IMG/VR virus record: IMGVR_UViG_3300046534_001237
Span: 1-57,306 of that record
Origin: a virus
Lineage: Duplodnaviria > Caudoviricetes
Direction: 5' to 3' (one strand)
Length of the DNA: 57,306 nt
Shown here one piece after another: positions 31,796-40,559 of the stretch. Numbering within the stretch: the stretch's first letter is position 1; every line of letters begins with the position of its first letter. The translations under genes were made by a program, and so were the position numbers. The notes under the pieces were generated by a model that had not been told where the DNA came from, did no database searches, and was given only the letters and a program-made list of their open reading frames with translations.

Positions 31796-34276
31796 TCATC
31801 TTGAGAGAGATTCTAGCGCAGCAAGACGTTTGTCGCTTTCCTGCCACCCTTTAACTGCAAATGCTATCATCTCTGTTAGCCGCAACATGTGGAGATCTTC
31901 GCCCTCGTCATAAGCATAACCAGCCCAATCGTCGTAACCCGCAGCGGTCATTGCTGACTTGATTTGCTGTGCGGGAAAGCCTGTATGTGGCCGGCTATGT
32001 GAAATGATTTTCTCAGCCACAGTTTCCGTCACGGTTTCCATTACTGGCATCTTGTAAGTGAGTGGCACCTCTTCAACCAGAACCGCATTGCCGACTTCAT
32101 CCAGCACTGGCTCGTTTGTGAATTGTTTTTCCTCGTAGTCAACGGTTTTAACTACTTGGACAGGCTTGCCATCCATGATTTTAATAGTTGTTTCTTCGCG
32201 TTGCTTTGTAACTGTTACCTGCCGTTTAACTTCTTTGGTTTCGGCTGGAATAACCTTGTCGGTGTAAGTAAACCAAACTGGATCAATTAGGCGCAGGAAT
32301 GCACTGGCGTTGTCAATTGTGGCAATGTCTTTTTTGCGCCGCTCATCTGAAACCGTGGCTGCGTTTTGTAGGAAAATATTATCCCACTCTTTTTCCGCCG
32401 AACCAAAGTCTTGAGTCTCGGGTGTGCCAGGTATTACGTTGCCTGAGCTGTCTATACGCATGGCTTCAGCTCTAGTCCCATTCGGACCGGTGCTAAAACC
32501 TATATATGAGTCGTCTGTTCCGCTGCCGGTTGACTCGACGCCGAACGATATTTTGGAATTCGCTCCATCAACGTTGGAAAACTCAATAGCAGAACCTCCG
32601 TCACTACCGTTGTATAGCCTAAAAGCTGTAGCGTCTAAATCTGAGGAAGCTGCTGTATCGTATTTGACTTCTAACTTAGAACTTGGCGAGCTAGTACCAA
32701 TGCCCAGTTGATCAAACTCTACGCTATCAGTAGTAGCCAAACCCTGATTTACGTTATTCAGATTAGTTGAAAAAGCTTGCACATCGACGCCAATCTGCAA
32801 ACCTAAGTTTGTTCTTACTACTGCGTAATCTAAAAAACCTAAACCATTGTCACCTTTAAGTAGAGCCCCGGACAAGCTGCTCGAACTACCCCCTTGAAGT
32901 CCTATTGTGTACTCTTTAAAGTCTGTCAGCGTTGTTCCGTTTGTGACTGTAGCGGTTGATTCGATAAACCACCAGCCAAAGAAAGTAGCATCTTTTAGCG
33001 CTGGATTTAAAACGTATTCCTCTGTTAACACGCCAGCTTTTGCAAGTAACATATTTGCATATTGAGCTTGACCTGCTTGCATTGCAAAGTTACCTGAACT
33101 ATATCTATACAGCCGATGACCGACTAACGTTGTTGAAGCCAATGCATTAAGACTCCCAGCATTGTCCCAATACTTTAAAAGGTTTGTTTCAGAAGATATA
33201 AGTTCTGTTCGTGACATCCAGTTATAGCTAACATTTGTTGCTGCATCAAAGGGTTTTATATTTGGGTTAAAAATGTCACCGGTACCACCGAACTCTAAAA
33301 TCGTGCCTGCCGAAACATCGAAACCTAAATCAGCTCTTCCTGTTATAAGCTGGTCTTTTCTAAAAGCTACTCCTGCAGCACGTAGAAACTCATAAATATC
33401 CCGCATGGTATTAGTGTAATGACCTATGGGGTTGTTGTAATATTCAAAGGCTATAATCTGTTCAAGAACAGCATCTACGCCAATTCTCATCGTAAATGCT
33501 TTTCTGGTTTTATCTTGACGAGTTGGAATAGTTGTTTGCTGGCCTAAATTTCCGTTTTTGTCTATGTAAACCCAGGTAGATGTAGCAGTCAAATCGTTAA
33601 CTGTTATGCCCGTAGCCCCAGCATAACTAAAAGATGCATAACCTTCATCACTACTCATTTCTCCAGCAACAGCACCTTGGGCAAAAGTTGTGCCTCCGGC
33701 TCCTGCAGTATTGACATAAGTGCTTGTTACTCCCGTTCCCCTTGCTTTGTACAGAGCAGCGTCAGCGCTCAATATCCAATCTTTAACATTTGTTTCATCA
33801 ACTACAATAAGACCAGTATTATCAAGCGTAACGTTTTCAGCTATGTTGGTTGATGAGGCTAGTAATAGTTCCCATTTCGCTGTATCCGTCAGAATATTAC
33901 CGGTAGAAGTGTGCGTTTCTATGCAAATGTAAAGACTGGCCAGATCAATACGACCTTGGGAATCTCTTACTACATCTCGAATTTGGTAATCAGTGCCTGC
34001 AGCATCAGCGTGATCTCCTTTCCAGTCACCCATTATAGTAGTAACTGCAAGATCACCATTGATATCAAATGAAATTAACTTACCTGCCCTTGCCGCAGCA
34101 TTTAAAACAATATTTGTTACACCAGCGGCATTCGTAACTTGCAAAGATTTACCAAGCTCCGTTTCAACCAAATCAAGTCCGCCAGCTACGCCAGACAAAT
34201 TAGTATTAACATCCTCGGCTTTAGCTAATTCGCCAGGCACAAATTGGGTTACAAAATTCCAGAATGAATTGCTCAT
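31796..34276 (-). CDS. Tail fibre/spike with a C-terminal S74 intramolecular chaperone
   Basis: LGIGTSSPSSKLEV and EAMRIDSSGNV fibre motifs; SDERRKKDI...IDPVWFTY...HTGFPAQQI chaperone. Confidence 0.87.
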   Translation of the reverse strand: MSNSFWNFVTQFVPGELAKAEDVNTNLSGVAGGLDLVETELGKSLQVTNAAGVTNIVLNAAARAGKLISFDINGDLAVTTIMGDWKGDHADAAGTDYQIRDVVRDSQGRIDLASLYICIETHTSTGNILTDTAKWELLLASSTNIAENVTLDNTGLIVVDETNVKDWILSADAALYKARGTGVTSTYVNTAGAGGTTFAQGAVAGEMSSDEGYASFSYAGATGITVNDLTATSTWVYIDKNGNLGQQTTIPTRQDKTRKAFTMRIGVDAVLEQIIAFEYYNNPIGHYTNTMRDIYEFLRAAGVAFRKDQLITGRADLGFDVSAGTILEFGGTGDIFNPNIKPFDAATNVSYNWMSRTELISSETNLLKYWDNAGSLNALASTTLVGHRLYRYSSGNFAMQAGQAQYANMLLAKAGVLTEEYVLNPALKDATFFGWWFIESTATVTNGTTLTDFKEYTIGLQGGSSSSLSGALLKGDNGLGFLDYAVVRTNLGLQIGVDVQAFSTNLNNVNQGLATTDSVEFDQLGIGTSSPSSKLEVKYDTAASSDLDATAFRLYNGSDGGSAIEFSNVDGANSKISFGVESTGSGTDDSYIGFSTGPNGTRAEAMRIDSSGNVIPGTPETQDFGSAEKEWDNIFLQNAATVSDERRKKDIATIDNASAFLRLIDPVWFTYTDKVIPAETKEVKRQVTVTKQREETTIKIMDGKPVQVVKTVDYEEKQFTNEPVLDEVGNAVLVEEVPLTYKMPVMETVTETVAEKIISHSRPHTGFPAQQIKSAMTAAGYDDWAGYAYDEGEDLHMLRLTEMIAFAVKGWQESDKRLAALESLSR

Positions 34277-36379
34277 TTATCTTACCAAGTTTCGTTTAAT
34301 GTAGTGATAGGTAACGGCGAAGAATGTATGTGGATCTGAATACGTGCTTGTAGAAGTAAGCTGCAAGCCAATGTTGCGACCTATACCATCAAGATCACCT
34401 TCGATTAAAGTGACATCAGCTGTCGACCAGTTGAAGCTATTCCAGAACACCTCATTCCACGGAGATCCGCCAGAATTAAGAGTTTCTTCTAGTGATATTC
34501 CAGATGGCGTCCTGCCTGAATTGTAGTCAAAAACAGCTTTGTAGTTCACAACCGTTCCAATCGAACCATCAGCTTCGATCATTACTTTTTTGTATTCTTT
34601 GTTTAAACTAGGCGATCCCAAATGATCGTAAGAAAGAACCAAAATGGCGGTAACCGGATCTCCATCGATCGACGTACCTTTGTCCATTTGATAAACAAAT
34701 CCATCAGAAGACCCAAAAAATAATATTTCAGACCCATTGGCGTCTTTGCCATCAGCAGTAACTAGCGCCGGGATGATGTTACCATTCGCTCTCTTATAAC
34801 TGACTGTCGTAAATCCAGATAATTCCCTATCTTTAAACGTAGCAAAGATTGCTGTACCGTCAGAAAAGAATGTTCTTAATTGATTTTTCTTACGACTGAT
34901 TATCGATGAAACTGCTATTTCTTTCTTTGCTGTTACCAAAGGCTCAATAACTTGGCTGTAAGTCGTGCTATCGAATGAACCGAATTCCTGAACCGCTTTA
35001 ATATTCATGAAGCCTTGATCATCCAGGAATCTTGTTCCACCTGACATTCGTTGCATTGTCCATTCTTTGCCGCCTGATTCGTCGTTAACAGTTTTTAAGT
35101 CCCAAGGTGAGTCTGTAGTGTTTTTACCGTAAAGCATAAAAACATGGTCATCACAAAGAATAACAAGCGCCGAACCAACTTCGCTTTGATATCCGAGAAT
35201 ATCGTGACCGACTCCTATTTCAGCTGCACCTAATCCCGACCACAAATAAGGATTGCCTGTTGATGAATTTTGAGACGATCCGTTTTGAAATGACAATATT
35301 AAATGAAACTCATGAATAGTGATGTGAAAAGGAGTATCGACTGTATTGCCAGTAATGATTGGCACAAAGATTGTTCCGTCCCATTCAAAGCACTCGCTTA
35401 CGCCATTAACGCCATATAAGCGCTTAGTGACAGAACTACCAAAAAAGTTATCTATCTCAAACTCGTACCGACCACCAGGAGCTAGTGTGTTTGCTACTTC
35501 GGCACCGCTTAACGTCATGGCACCCGAAGCGCTTGTTGCGGCTCCAGAAGCATAAGGACCAGATGTCACGGCACCAATCACCAGGTAGCCAGCAGCGTCG
35601 TCTGTGCTAAACGCGCCACTCTGTACCACTACTCGATTGATCGTCGACGTAGTGCCTGTTTGCGTTAGCGTTTCACCCTCTAAGGGCGCATCAGTACCAA
35701 GTGTAAAGGCTACTCGGTTACCCAAGCTTTGTTGTACCCATCCTGTAGATGTTGACTTCCACATCAAACAAGCATCGCCAGCCGTGTTATCCCGGAAGGC
35801 ATAAGTAACGGCTCGATAAATAGCTACTCCACGAACTGGGCCAGATCCATCGGAAGATCCAACCGCTAAAATAAGTGATCTCTGAGTTTCAATAGCATCT
35901 TGTTTGTGAGTAGCATCAAGCACTGAAGTGCTGGCACCTCTTTCGTTGGCAGTGCCATTGACAACAGCTACTGTTGAGGCTGATACCTCGATATCTTCAT
36001 TGTCTTGAAAGATGCCTGTTGCATTTGTAATGACTATATAACCATCTGTAGTGCTACCTACTGCATTGGTTAATACGTCAGCAGTATGGCCCGAGTCAGC
36101 ACCAGTAATGACATCACCTTCTGATACATCGGTAACACCAGCATCATAGTTTAATATCCAGTAGGCTGCGTCAGTAGGTGAAGATTGGCCATCAAATCGT
36201 TCAATACCATCAATACGACGATAACCGTTCTTAGTTAGTTGTTCGTAATTTACAGCAGAAAGGCAAGACCCTGGTTCGATATCAATTGGAGAGTCAACAA
36301 GGTTTAACCCACCTTTTAAAGTAAAGGATTTTTGCTCTACATTTCCGCGAGGGCGTCTAGCTAAATTAGAACGGCGCAT
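34277..36379 (-). CDS. Podoviral tail nozzle/stabilisation protein
   Basis: LKGGLNLVD...NYE...GYRRIDG N-terminus; beta-propeller-like 700 aa; position after the adaptor. Confidence 0.72.
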   Translation of the reverse strand: MRRSNLARRPRGNVEQKSFTLKGGLNLVDSPIDIEPGSCLSAVNYEQLTKNGYRRIDGIERFDGQSSPTDAAYWILNYDAGVTDVSEGDVITGADSGHTADVLTNAVGSTTDGYIVITNATGIFQDNEDIEVSASTVAVVNGTANERGASTSVLDATHKQDAIETQRSLILAVGSSDGSGPVRGVAIYRAVTYAFRDNTAGDACLMWKSTSTGWVQQSLGNRVAFTLGTDAPLEGETLTQTGTTSTINRVVVQSGAFSTDDAAGYLVIGAVTSGPYASGAATSASGAMTLSGAEVANTLAPGGRYEFEIDNFFGSSVTKRLYGVNGVSECFEWDGTIFVPIITGNTVDTPFHITIHEFHLILSFQNGSSQNSSTGNPYLWSGLGAAEIGVGHDILGYQSEVGSALVILCDDHVFMLYGKNTTDSPWDLKTVNDESGGKEWTMQRMSGGTRFLDDQGFMNIKAVQEFGSFDSTTYSQVIEPLVTAKKEIAVSSIISRKKNQLRTFFSDGTAIFATFKDRELSGFTTVSYKRANGNIIPALVTADGKDANGSEILFFGSSDGFVYQMDKGTSIDGDPVTAILVLSYDHLGSPSLNKEYKKVMIEADGSIGTVVNYKAVFDYNSGRTPSGISLEETLNSGGSPWNEVFWNSFNWSTADVTLIEGDLDGIGRNIGLQLTSTSTYSDPHTFFAVTYHYIKRNLVR

Positions 36380-36385
36380 GTATTA

Positions 36386-36455
36386 GACCACTGAGTAAGT
36401 GCCACCATGATTAACACAGTAGGCGTAGCTTTCCTCAGCGGCCAATGTGGCGGCA
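36386..36455 (-). promoter_or_regulatory. Predicted H-type RNA pseudoknot in the adaptor-nozzle intergenic region
   Basis: Interleaved helices UGCCGCCA/UGGUGGCA and GGCCGCUGAG/CUCAGUGGUC; every non-Watson-Crick pair is G-U on the minus strand. Confidence 0.6.
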
Positions 36456-36473
36456 ATAGGGTTATTCGATTGT

Positions 36474-37157
36474 TTATGCGAGTGGTGCAAAATCATCACT
36501 AAATTCGGGTAATTGTTCTATTTCTAGTCGAAACAATAAGTCAGCAAACTTTGTTTCGGCTTGCTCCAAGACTTCGGGTGCATTTTGCTTATGAGCATAA
36601 TAAGTTAATGCTAGCCAAACAATCATCATCTCAAAATCTTCATTTAAACCAGTTGGCTCATCTGAATCTAATGCAAAGTGTTGAGTAGATTTTTTATATT
36701 CACCTTCGATTGTGTAAATCTTATTTGGCTTAGGCTCAAACCTAATTGCGTTGCTAGGCAGAATAGTGAATGACTGAGACCGATCAGAAGCTCTAGCCTC
36801 CATTTGTACCCTGTTTGATCGACGCCAATCAGAATAATTCTGATAAACAATAAATCCTTGGTCGAAGTAACCTAAATCTGGGTCATGGATCAAAAAAGAA
36901 TTACTATCCCATAGCTTTAGATCAGTAATAGCCATATCAGCTGCGACGTAATCTCTTTGATCGATAACAGTATTAAAGGTAAATTCTCCATGCATGAACA
37001 ACCAGTTTGGCCTCATTAGCTGGATGTTTACCCATGCCTCTCTTACCCACCCGACCATATTACCAAGCTGACCAGTCTGACCTATAACTGTGGTCGGCCC
37101 AGATCCACCAATACTGGTTTCAAGAACAGCTCTTTTGCAGATAGAGAGATAGCTCAC
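36474..37157 (-). CDS. Head-tail adaptor
   Basis: MSYLSICKR...WVREAWVNIQ...WLFM...FEPKP pattern and position. Confidence 0.72.
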   Translation of the reverse strand: MSYLSICKRAVLETSIGGSGPTTVIGQTGQLGNMVGWVREAWVNIQLMRPNWLFMHGEFTFNTVIDQRDYVAADMAITDLKLWDSNSFLIHDPDLGYFDQGFIVYQNYSDWRRSNRVQMEARASDRSQSFTILPSNAIRFEPKPNKIYTIEGEYKKSTQHFALDSDEPTGLNEDFEMMIVWLALTYYAHKQNAPEVLEQAETKFADLLFRLEIEQLPEFSDDFAPLA

Positions 37158-37161
37158 TTAA

Positions 37162-37644
37162 TTAAGCCACTTGTCCCGGACGAGGATGCGGTCCTTTAAT
37201 GATTTGATATGGGTATGTCATAACTTCTTCTTTTTCCAACTCACCACTATCAGGATCTTGAGTAATTATCTCTTGCACAGCAGTATCAAGAGCGCCGACA
37301 AGTGAAGCAGGAACAGCAATAGGAATGCCCCGAGGTATTGTATTCCAGACCCCTTGTACGCCTATACCAGCAGGCTCGCCACCGCCTTTACCGGCCTGCT
37401 TTGCGATTTTAATAGTGTACCAATCACCCTTTTTATTAGCTGAAGGAATGCTAGAAATAGACGAAGGTGGAGCTTCAAGCTCATTGTTTTCGCAATGGAT
37501 TAATATCTTATCGCGCATTTTCGCTTCACCAGTTGCCTGATGAAGTTCAAGTGGTGGCGTTAGATTACCGGCATAACTCCGTAATTCTTGCGAGTTTGCA
37601 GTGGCTAAATTAAATTTGGTTAAATCGGTCATACAAAATTCCAT
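37162..37644 (-). CDS. Hypothetical virion-associated protein
   Basis: GVQG.WNTIPRG.P.AVP...YPYQI; lies in the head cluster. Confidence 0.65.
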   Translation of the reverse strand: MEFCMTDLTKFNLATANSQELRSYAGNLTPPLELHQATGEAKMRDKILIHCENNELEAPPSSISSIPSANKKGDWYTIKIAKQAGKGGGEPAGIGVQGVWNTIPRGIPIAVPASLVGALDTAVQEIITQDPDSGELEKEEVMTYPYQIIKGPHPRPGQVA

Positions 37645-37652
37645 CGGTTAGC

Positions 37653-37767
37653 GCCTCGTAAGGGGCAGTTTGGGATATATCAGCTTCGCGCCGAGTAAAG
37701 ACCCCATTCGGGGTAAGCATGTCGCCTCACGGCGAGGTAAACTGGCCAGCGATTATTCGCCGACCAG
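37653..37767 (-). promoter_or_regulatory. Array of four to five short GC-rich hairpins
   Basis: ctggtcggcga-ataa-tcgctggccag; tcgcc-gtga-ggcga; acccc-gaat-ggggt; cggc-gcgaa-gctg. Confidence 0.6.
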
Positions 37768-37775
37768 GGTAAAAC

Positions 37776-38345
37776 TTAAACTTCGACCATATCGGCTACT
37801 GAAGCCGGGCAATGGGACAAATTGTAAACGGTAGTTGTTCGACCAGTGATACTTGTCAGATCACTTATACCAAGTTGAAACAATGCAACACCAACGGAAG
37901 CGGTCGGAACCTGAACAACCTTAACGGCACCAAAAGGCGCATAACCTTTGGGCACTGTTAGCTCATACTTTGCATCATCCTGAGCTGCAGCAACATCAAT
38001 CGTGCTTTCAATGATGTAAGGCACATTGCCTCGACAAGCAAAGATATAAACAATGGTTTGTGCTTCACCACCATTATCAGCAGTTGCAATTGCCGGGTGA
38101 ATTTTTGTAGCCGCTAATACAGATCCATCTTTTGCGCTCAAAACTACAGCACCACTTAAGTCCCATTCAGCAATAGTAGCCAAATCAGTCATTTGTACGC
38201 CATTAACGCTATGCTCTACAGCACCAGTTGTTTGAAGATTTTCGACGTTTGAGCCATCGACTGCCAAAATTCCTTGGCCATTGCTAAAAGTTCCGACAGA
38301 TCCTCGGATACTCGCATTGGTAATTCCACCTAATTCATTACTCAT
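37776..38345 (-). CDS. Putative capsid decoration/minor head protein
   Basis: Directly after the capsid gene; beta-rich; VPKGYAPFGAVKV. Confidence 0.6.
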   Translation of the reverse strand: MSNELGGITNASIRGSVGTFSNGQGILAVDGSNVENLQTTGAVEHSVNGVQMTDLATIAEWDLSGAVVLSAKDGSVLAATKIHPAIATADNGGEAQTIVYIFACRGNVPYIIESTIDVAAAQDDAKYELTVPKGYAPFGAVKVVQVPTASVGVALFQLGISDLTSITGRTTTVYNLSHCPASVADMVEV

Positions 38346-38391
38346 TTTACTTGCCTCAGTGACAGCGCAGAGCTAATCACAATAAAAGGTT

Positions 38392-38420
38392 AAAGATAAC
38401 CGCCCTTATGAGCGGCTATC
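38392..38420 (-). terminator. Terminator-like hairpin after the capsid gene
   Basis: gatagccgctc-ataa-gggcggttatc followed by ttt on the minus strand. Confidence 0.6.
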
Positions 38421-38441
38421 GACATATTACACTAAAACTAA

Positions 38442-39452
38442 TTAGCTAACACCGTTCAGATCAGTTGCACCGACTTCGATTCGAGCCATCCATGCTTGGT
38501 TAAGAACAACACAAACGAAATATGTTTTCCAACCAACAAAACCTTTCTGGCCAAGAACGTCGTCTTTACTCGGAGTGCCTGGGTTAAGAACAGTAGGTTG
38601 AATGGCACCAGCACCGCGCAACGGAATAAGCCCGTAAGACTCTTTCGCGATAATAACGATTGGATAAACATCAACCAAAGTACCGGAAGTGATCATGCCT
38701 GTCCCGGATGCTGTAGCACCAGCGTTTGTAAATGGCTCAAGCAAAGGAGTAAGAATGTAACGAACGTCCTCTACCTTACCGCACTCATACGGCAACATCT
38801 TCATGGACCCGTATTTTTCAGTAGGAGTGAAACCAGGCATATCGCGAATATCAGCTTCCAAGTCGGTATGACCAAAAGCTAGATAAGCAGCGTCAACGGG
38901 CTCAGTACCGTATTGAACTGAAGAGCTCATTTTACTAGTGATCTTACGGCCACGCTGGGCTTTAAGGAATCGAGTCGCAGTCCGTTGAGCGTTTAAGTTC
39001 ATTGGATCGTTAACATCGGTACGAACTGAGTCGGCAGCGGCAGCAAAAATGACGTTTGTGCCACCTTTAATAACTCCCCACGTGACCATCTCGATAGTTT
39101 CTGCGGCTTGCTCTCCCGCTAGCACAGACATATCGCGTAATACTGGATCTTCTGACAGATCATCTACACGATCGGTAATCTCAGCTACGTCGCCATACTG
39201 GCCCAATGTAGCAGGCACATCGACATAACTAGTCTTGTGACTTGTAGGCGTTACACCTTCGGTTAGTTGAGTGGTAGATACCACGTAAGGCACTGGGCGA
39301 CGAAACTTAACTTGTTCCGCTTTGTTTTTCGGCATCGGCTTTGACTGACCATAGTCAGACAAAACGATCATAGGTCTTGCATGCTCCAACATTTCTGTTG
39401 CAGCGTATGCGGCTGTTCTCTGGGAAATATCCCCGTAAATTGAACCTGGCAT
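38442..39452 (-). CDS. Major capsid protein, N4-gp56 family
   Basis: YGDIS.RTAAYA, KPMPKNK...KFRR, LTEGVTP, LGQYGD, ECGKVEDVRY and DVLGQKGFVGWK. Confidence 0.92.
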   Translation of the reverse strand: MPGSIYGDISQRTAAYAATEMLEHARPMIVLSDYGQSKPMPKNKAEQVKFRRPVPYVVSTTQLTEGVTPTSHKTSYVDVPATLGQYGDVAEITDRVDDLSEDPVLRDMSVLAGEQAAETIEMVTWGVIKGGTNVIFAAAADSVRTDVNDPMNLNAQRTATRFLKAQRGRKITSKMSSSVQYGTEPVDAAYLAFGHTDLEADIRDMPGFTPTEKYGSMKMLPYECGKVEDVRYILTPLLEPFTNAGATASGTGMITSGTLVDVYPIVIIAKESYGLIPLRGAGAIQPTVLNPGTPSKDDVLGQKGFVGWKTYFVCVVLNQAWMARIEVGATDLNGVS

Positions 39453-39500
39453 TTTAAATTGCTCCGCGTCTCACGACGTTAGAATGTTAATTAATTGGGC

Positions 39501-40484
39501 TTATGCCCGTTTTCGTTCTTTTCTTGCAGCATATGCGTTGAAAGCGTCTTCGAAGTTATCGGTCACTGTATCGCCTGTGGTAACACCAGCAGACTTACTT
39601 GCGACGGAAGTACCAGAAGCTAATTGCTCAGCTCGCTTTCTTTCATTGCTACTTAACTCAGATCCTTCAGTTTTATCTCCATTATTGACGCCAGGTCCGG
39701 GGTCATTTTTCAGTGTTGGCAGGTTATTAGTAACTAGGTAATTGTCATACATACCGATCAGGGACGTTGCATCTTCTGCGTAGTCGCTTTCGGCTAGTGC
39801 GCCTATACCTGGTGACTGTTGAGCCAGCCAAGACGTAAATTCGGGTGTTTGTACTGCCTCGGTCCACTTTGGGTAGACTTCGGATACGGCGGCGACCTTT
39901 TCATTCGCGGCGGTAGTTGTTGCGGTATCGACTGTTTCTTGGTGTGTTTTTAGTACAGGTGCTAGTGTGCTTTCCACTGCTTCACCCATTGCTTTTCCTA
40001 CACCTTCAAACCGAGAGTCGATCACTCGGGCAATATCTGGATAATCTGCGGTAAACTGCTCCCAACCCTCATCACCCGATTTCATTGCTTCGGTGATATT
40101 TGCCATAGTGGGCTTTTCTTTGCCGACTGGAGCTGAGGTTTGTTGAATCGTTCTCTGAAGATCTGATATTTGACGCTGGTAAGCATTAACTCGACCACCA
40201 TCACTATCAATTCTATGTTGCAAATCCTTTGCGTTTTTTGCGACACCTTCGAAGTAAGTTCGATCTTCAGCGCTTAGATTAGCGTATGGATCGACATTAA
40301 CTACATCGGCAACGACAGGCTTAGCCTTATCGTGGTTATCAATAACCTCTAGTTCCTTTTGGTCATTGTTCGTCACTTCAATATCAACTGGCTCTTTATT
40401 ACCAGAGAATTCAGCAAAAGCAGAATCGAATTCTGATTCTTCGGGTACTGTTGATGTTTCTAAGTTTTCGTTTTCTAGTGCCAT
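39501..40484 (-). CDS. Scaffolding protein
   Basis: Acidic helical protein between portal and capsid; FDSAF and FEDAF terminal motifs; GAGG RBS. Confidence 0.72.
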   Translation of the reverse strand: MALENENLETSTVPEESEFDSAFAEFSGNKEPVDIEVTNNDQKELEVIDNHDKAKPVVADVVNVDPYANLSAEDRTYFEGVAKNAKDLQHRIDSDGGRVNAYQRQISDLQRTIQQTSAPVGKEKPTMANITEAMKSGDEGWEQFTADYPDIARVIDSRFEGVGKAMGEAVESTLAPVLKTHQETVDTATTTAANEKVAAVSEVYPKWTEAVQTPEFTSWLAQQSPGIGALAESDYAEDATSLIGMYDNYLVTNNLPTLKNDPGPGVNNGDKTEGSELSSNERKRAEQLASGTSVASKSAGVTTGDTVTDNFEDAFNAYAARKERKRA

Positions 40485-40523
40485 TTTATCCTCGCGGTAC
40501 ATCACGTACGGCTATTAATAAGG

Positions 40524-40552
40524 TTTATACAACTATTTCAAATTAGCTTCAA
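40524..40552 (-). promoter_or_regulatory. sigma70-like promoter for scaffold/capsid genes
   Basis: TTGAAG-N17-TATAAA. Confidence 0.55.
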
Positions 40553-40559
40553 GTATATA

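Noticed and set aside
36386-36455. HDV-like/theta ribozyme or stop-codon read-through signal
   Set aside because: No P3/L3/P1.1/P4 elements of the right size; a second in-frame TAA follows the adaptor stop, and a TAA precedes the nozzle ATG in its frame.
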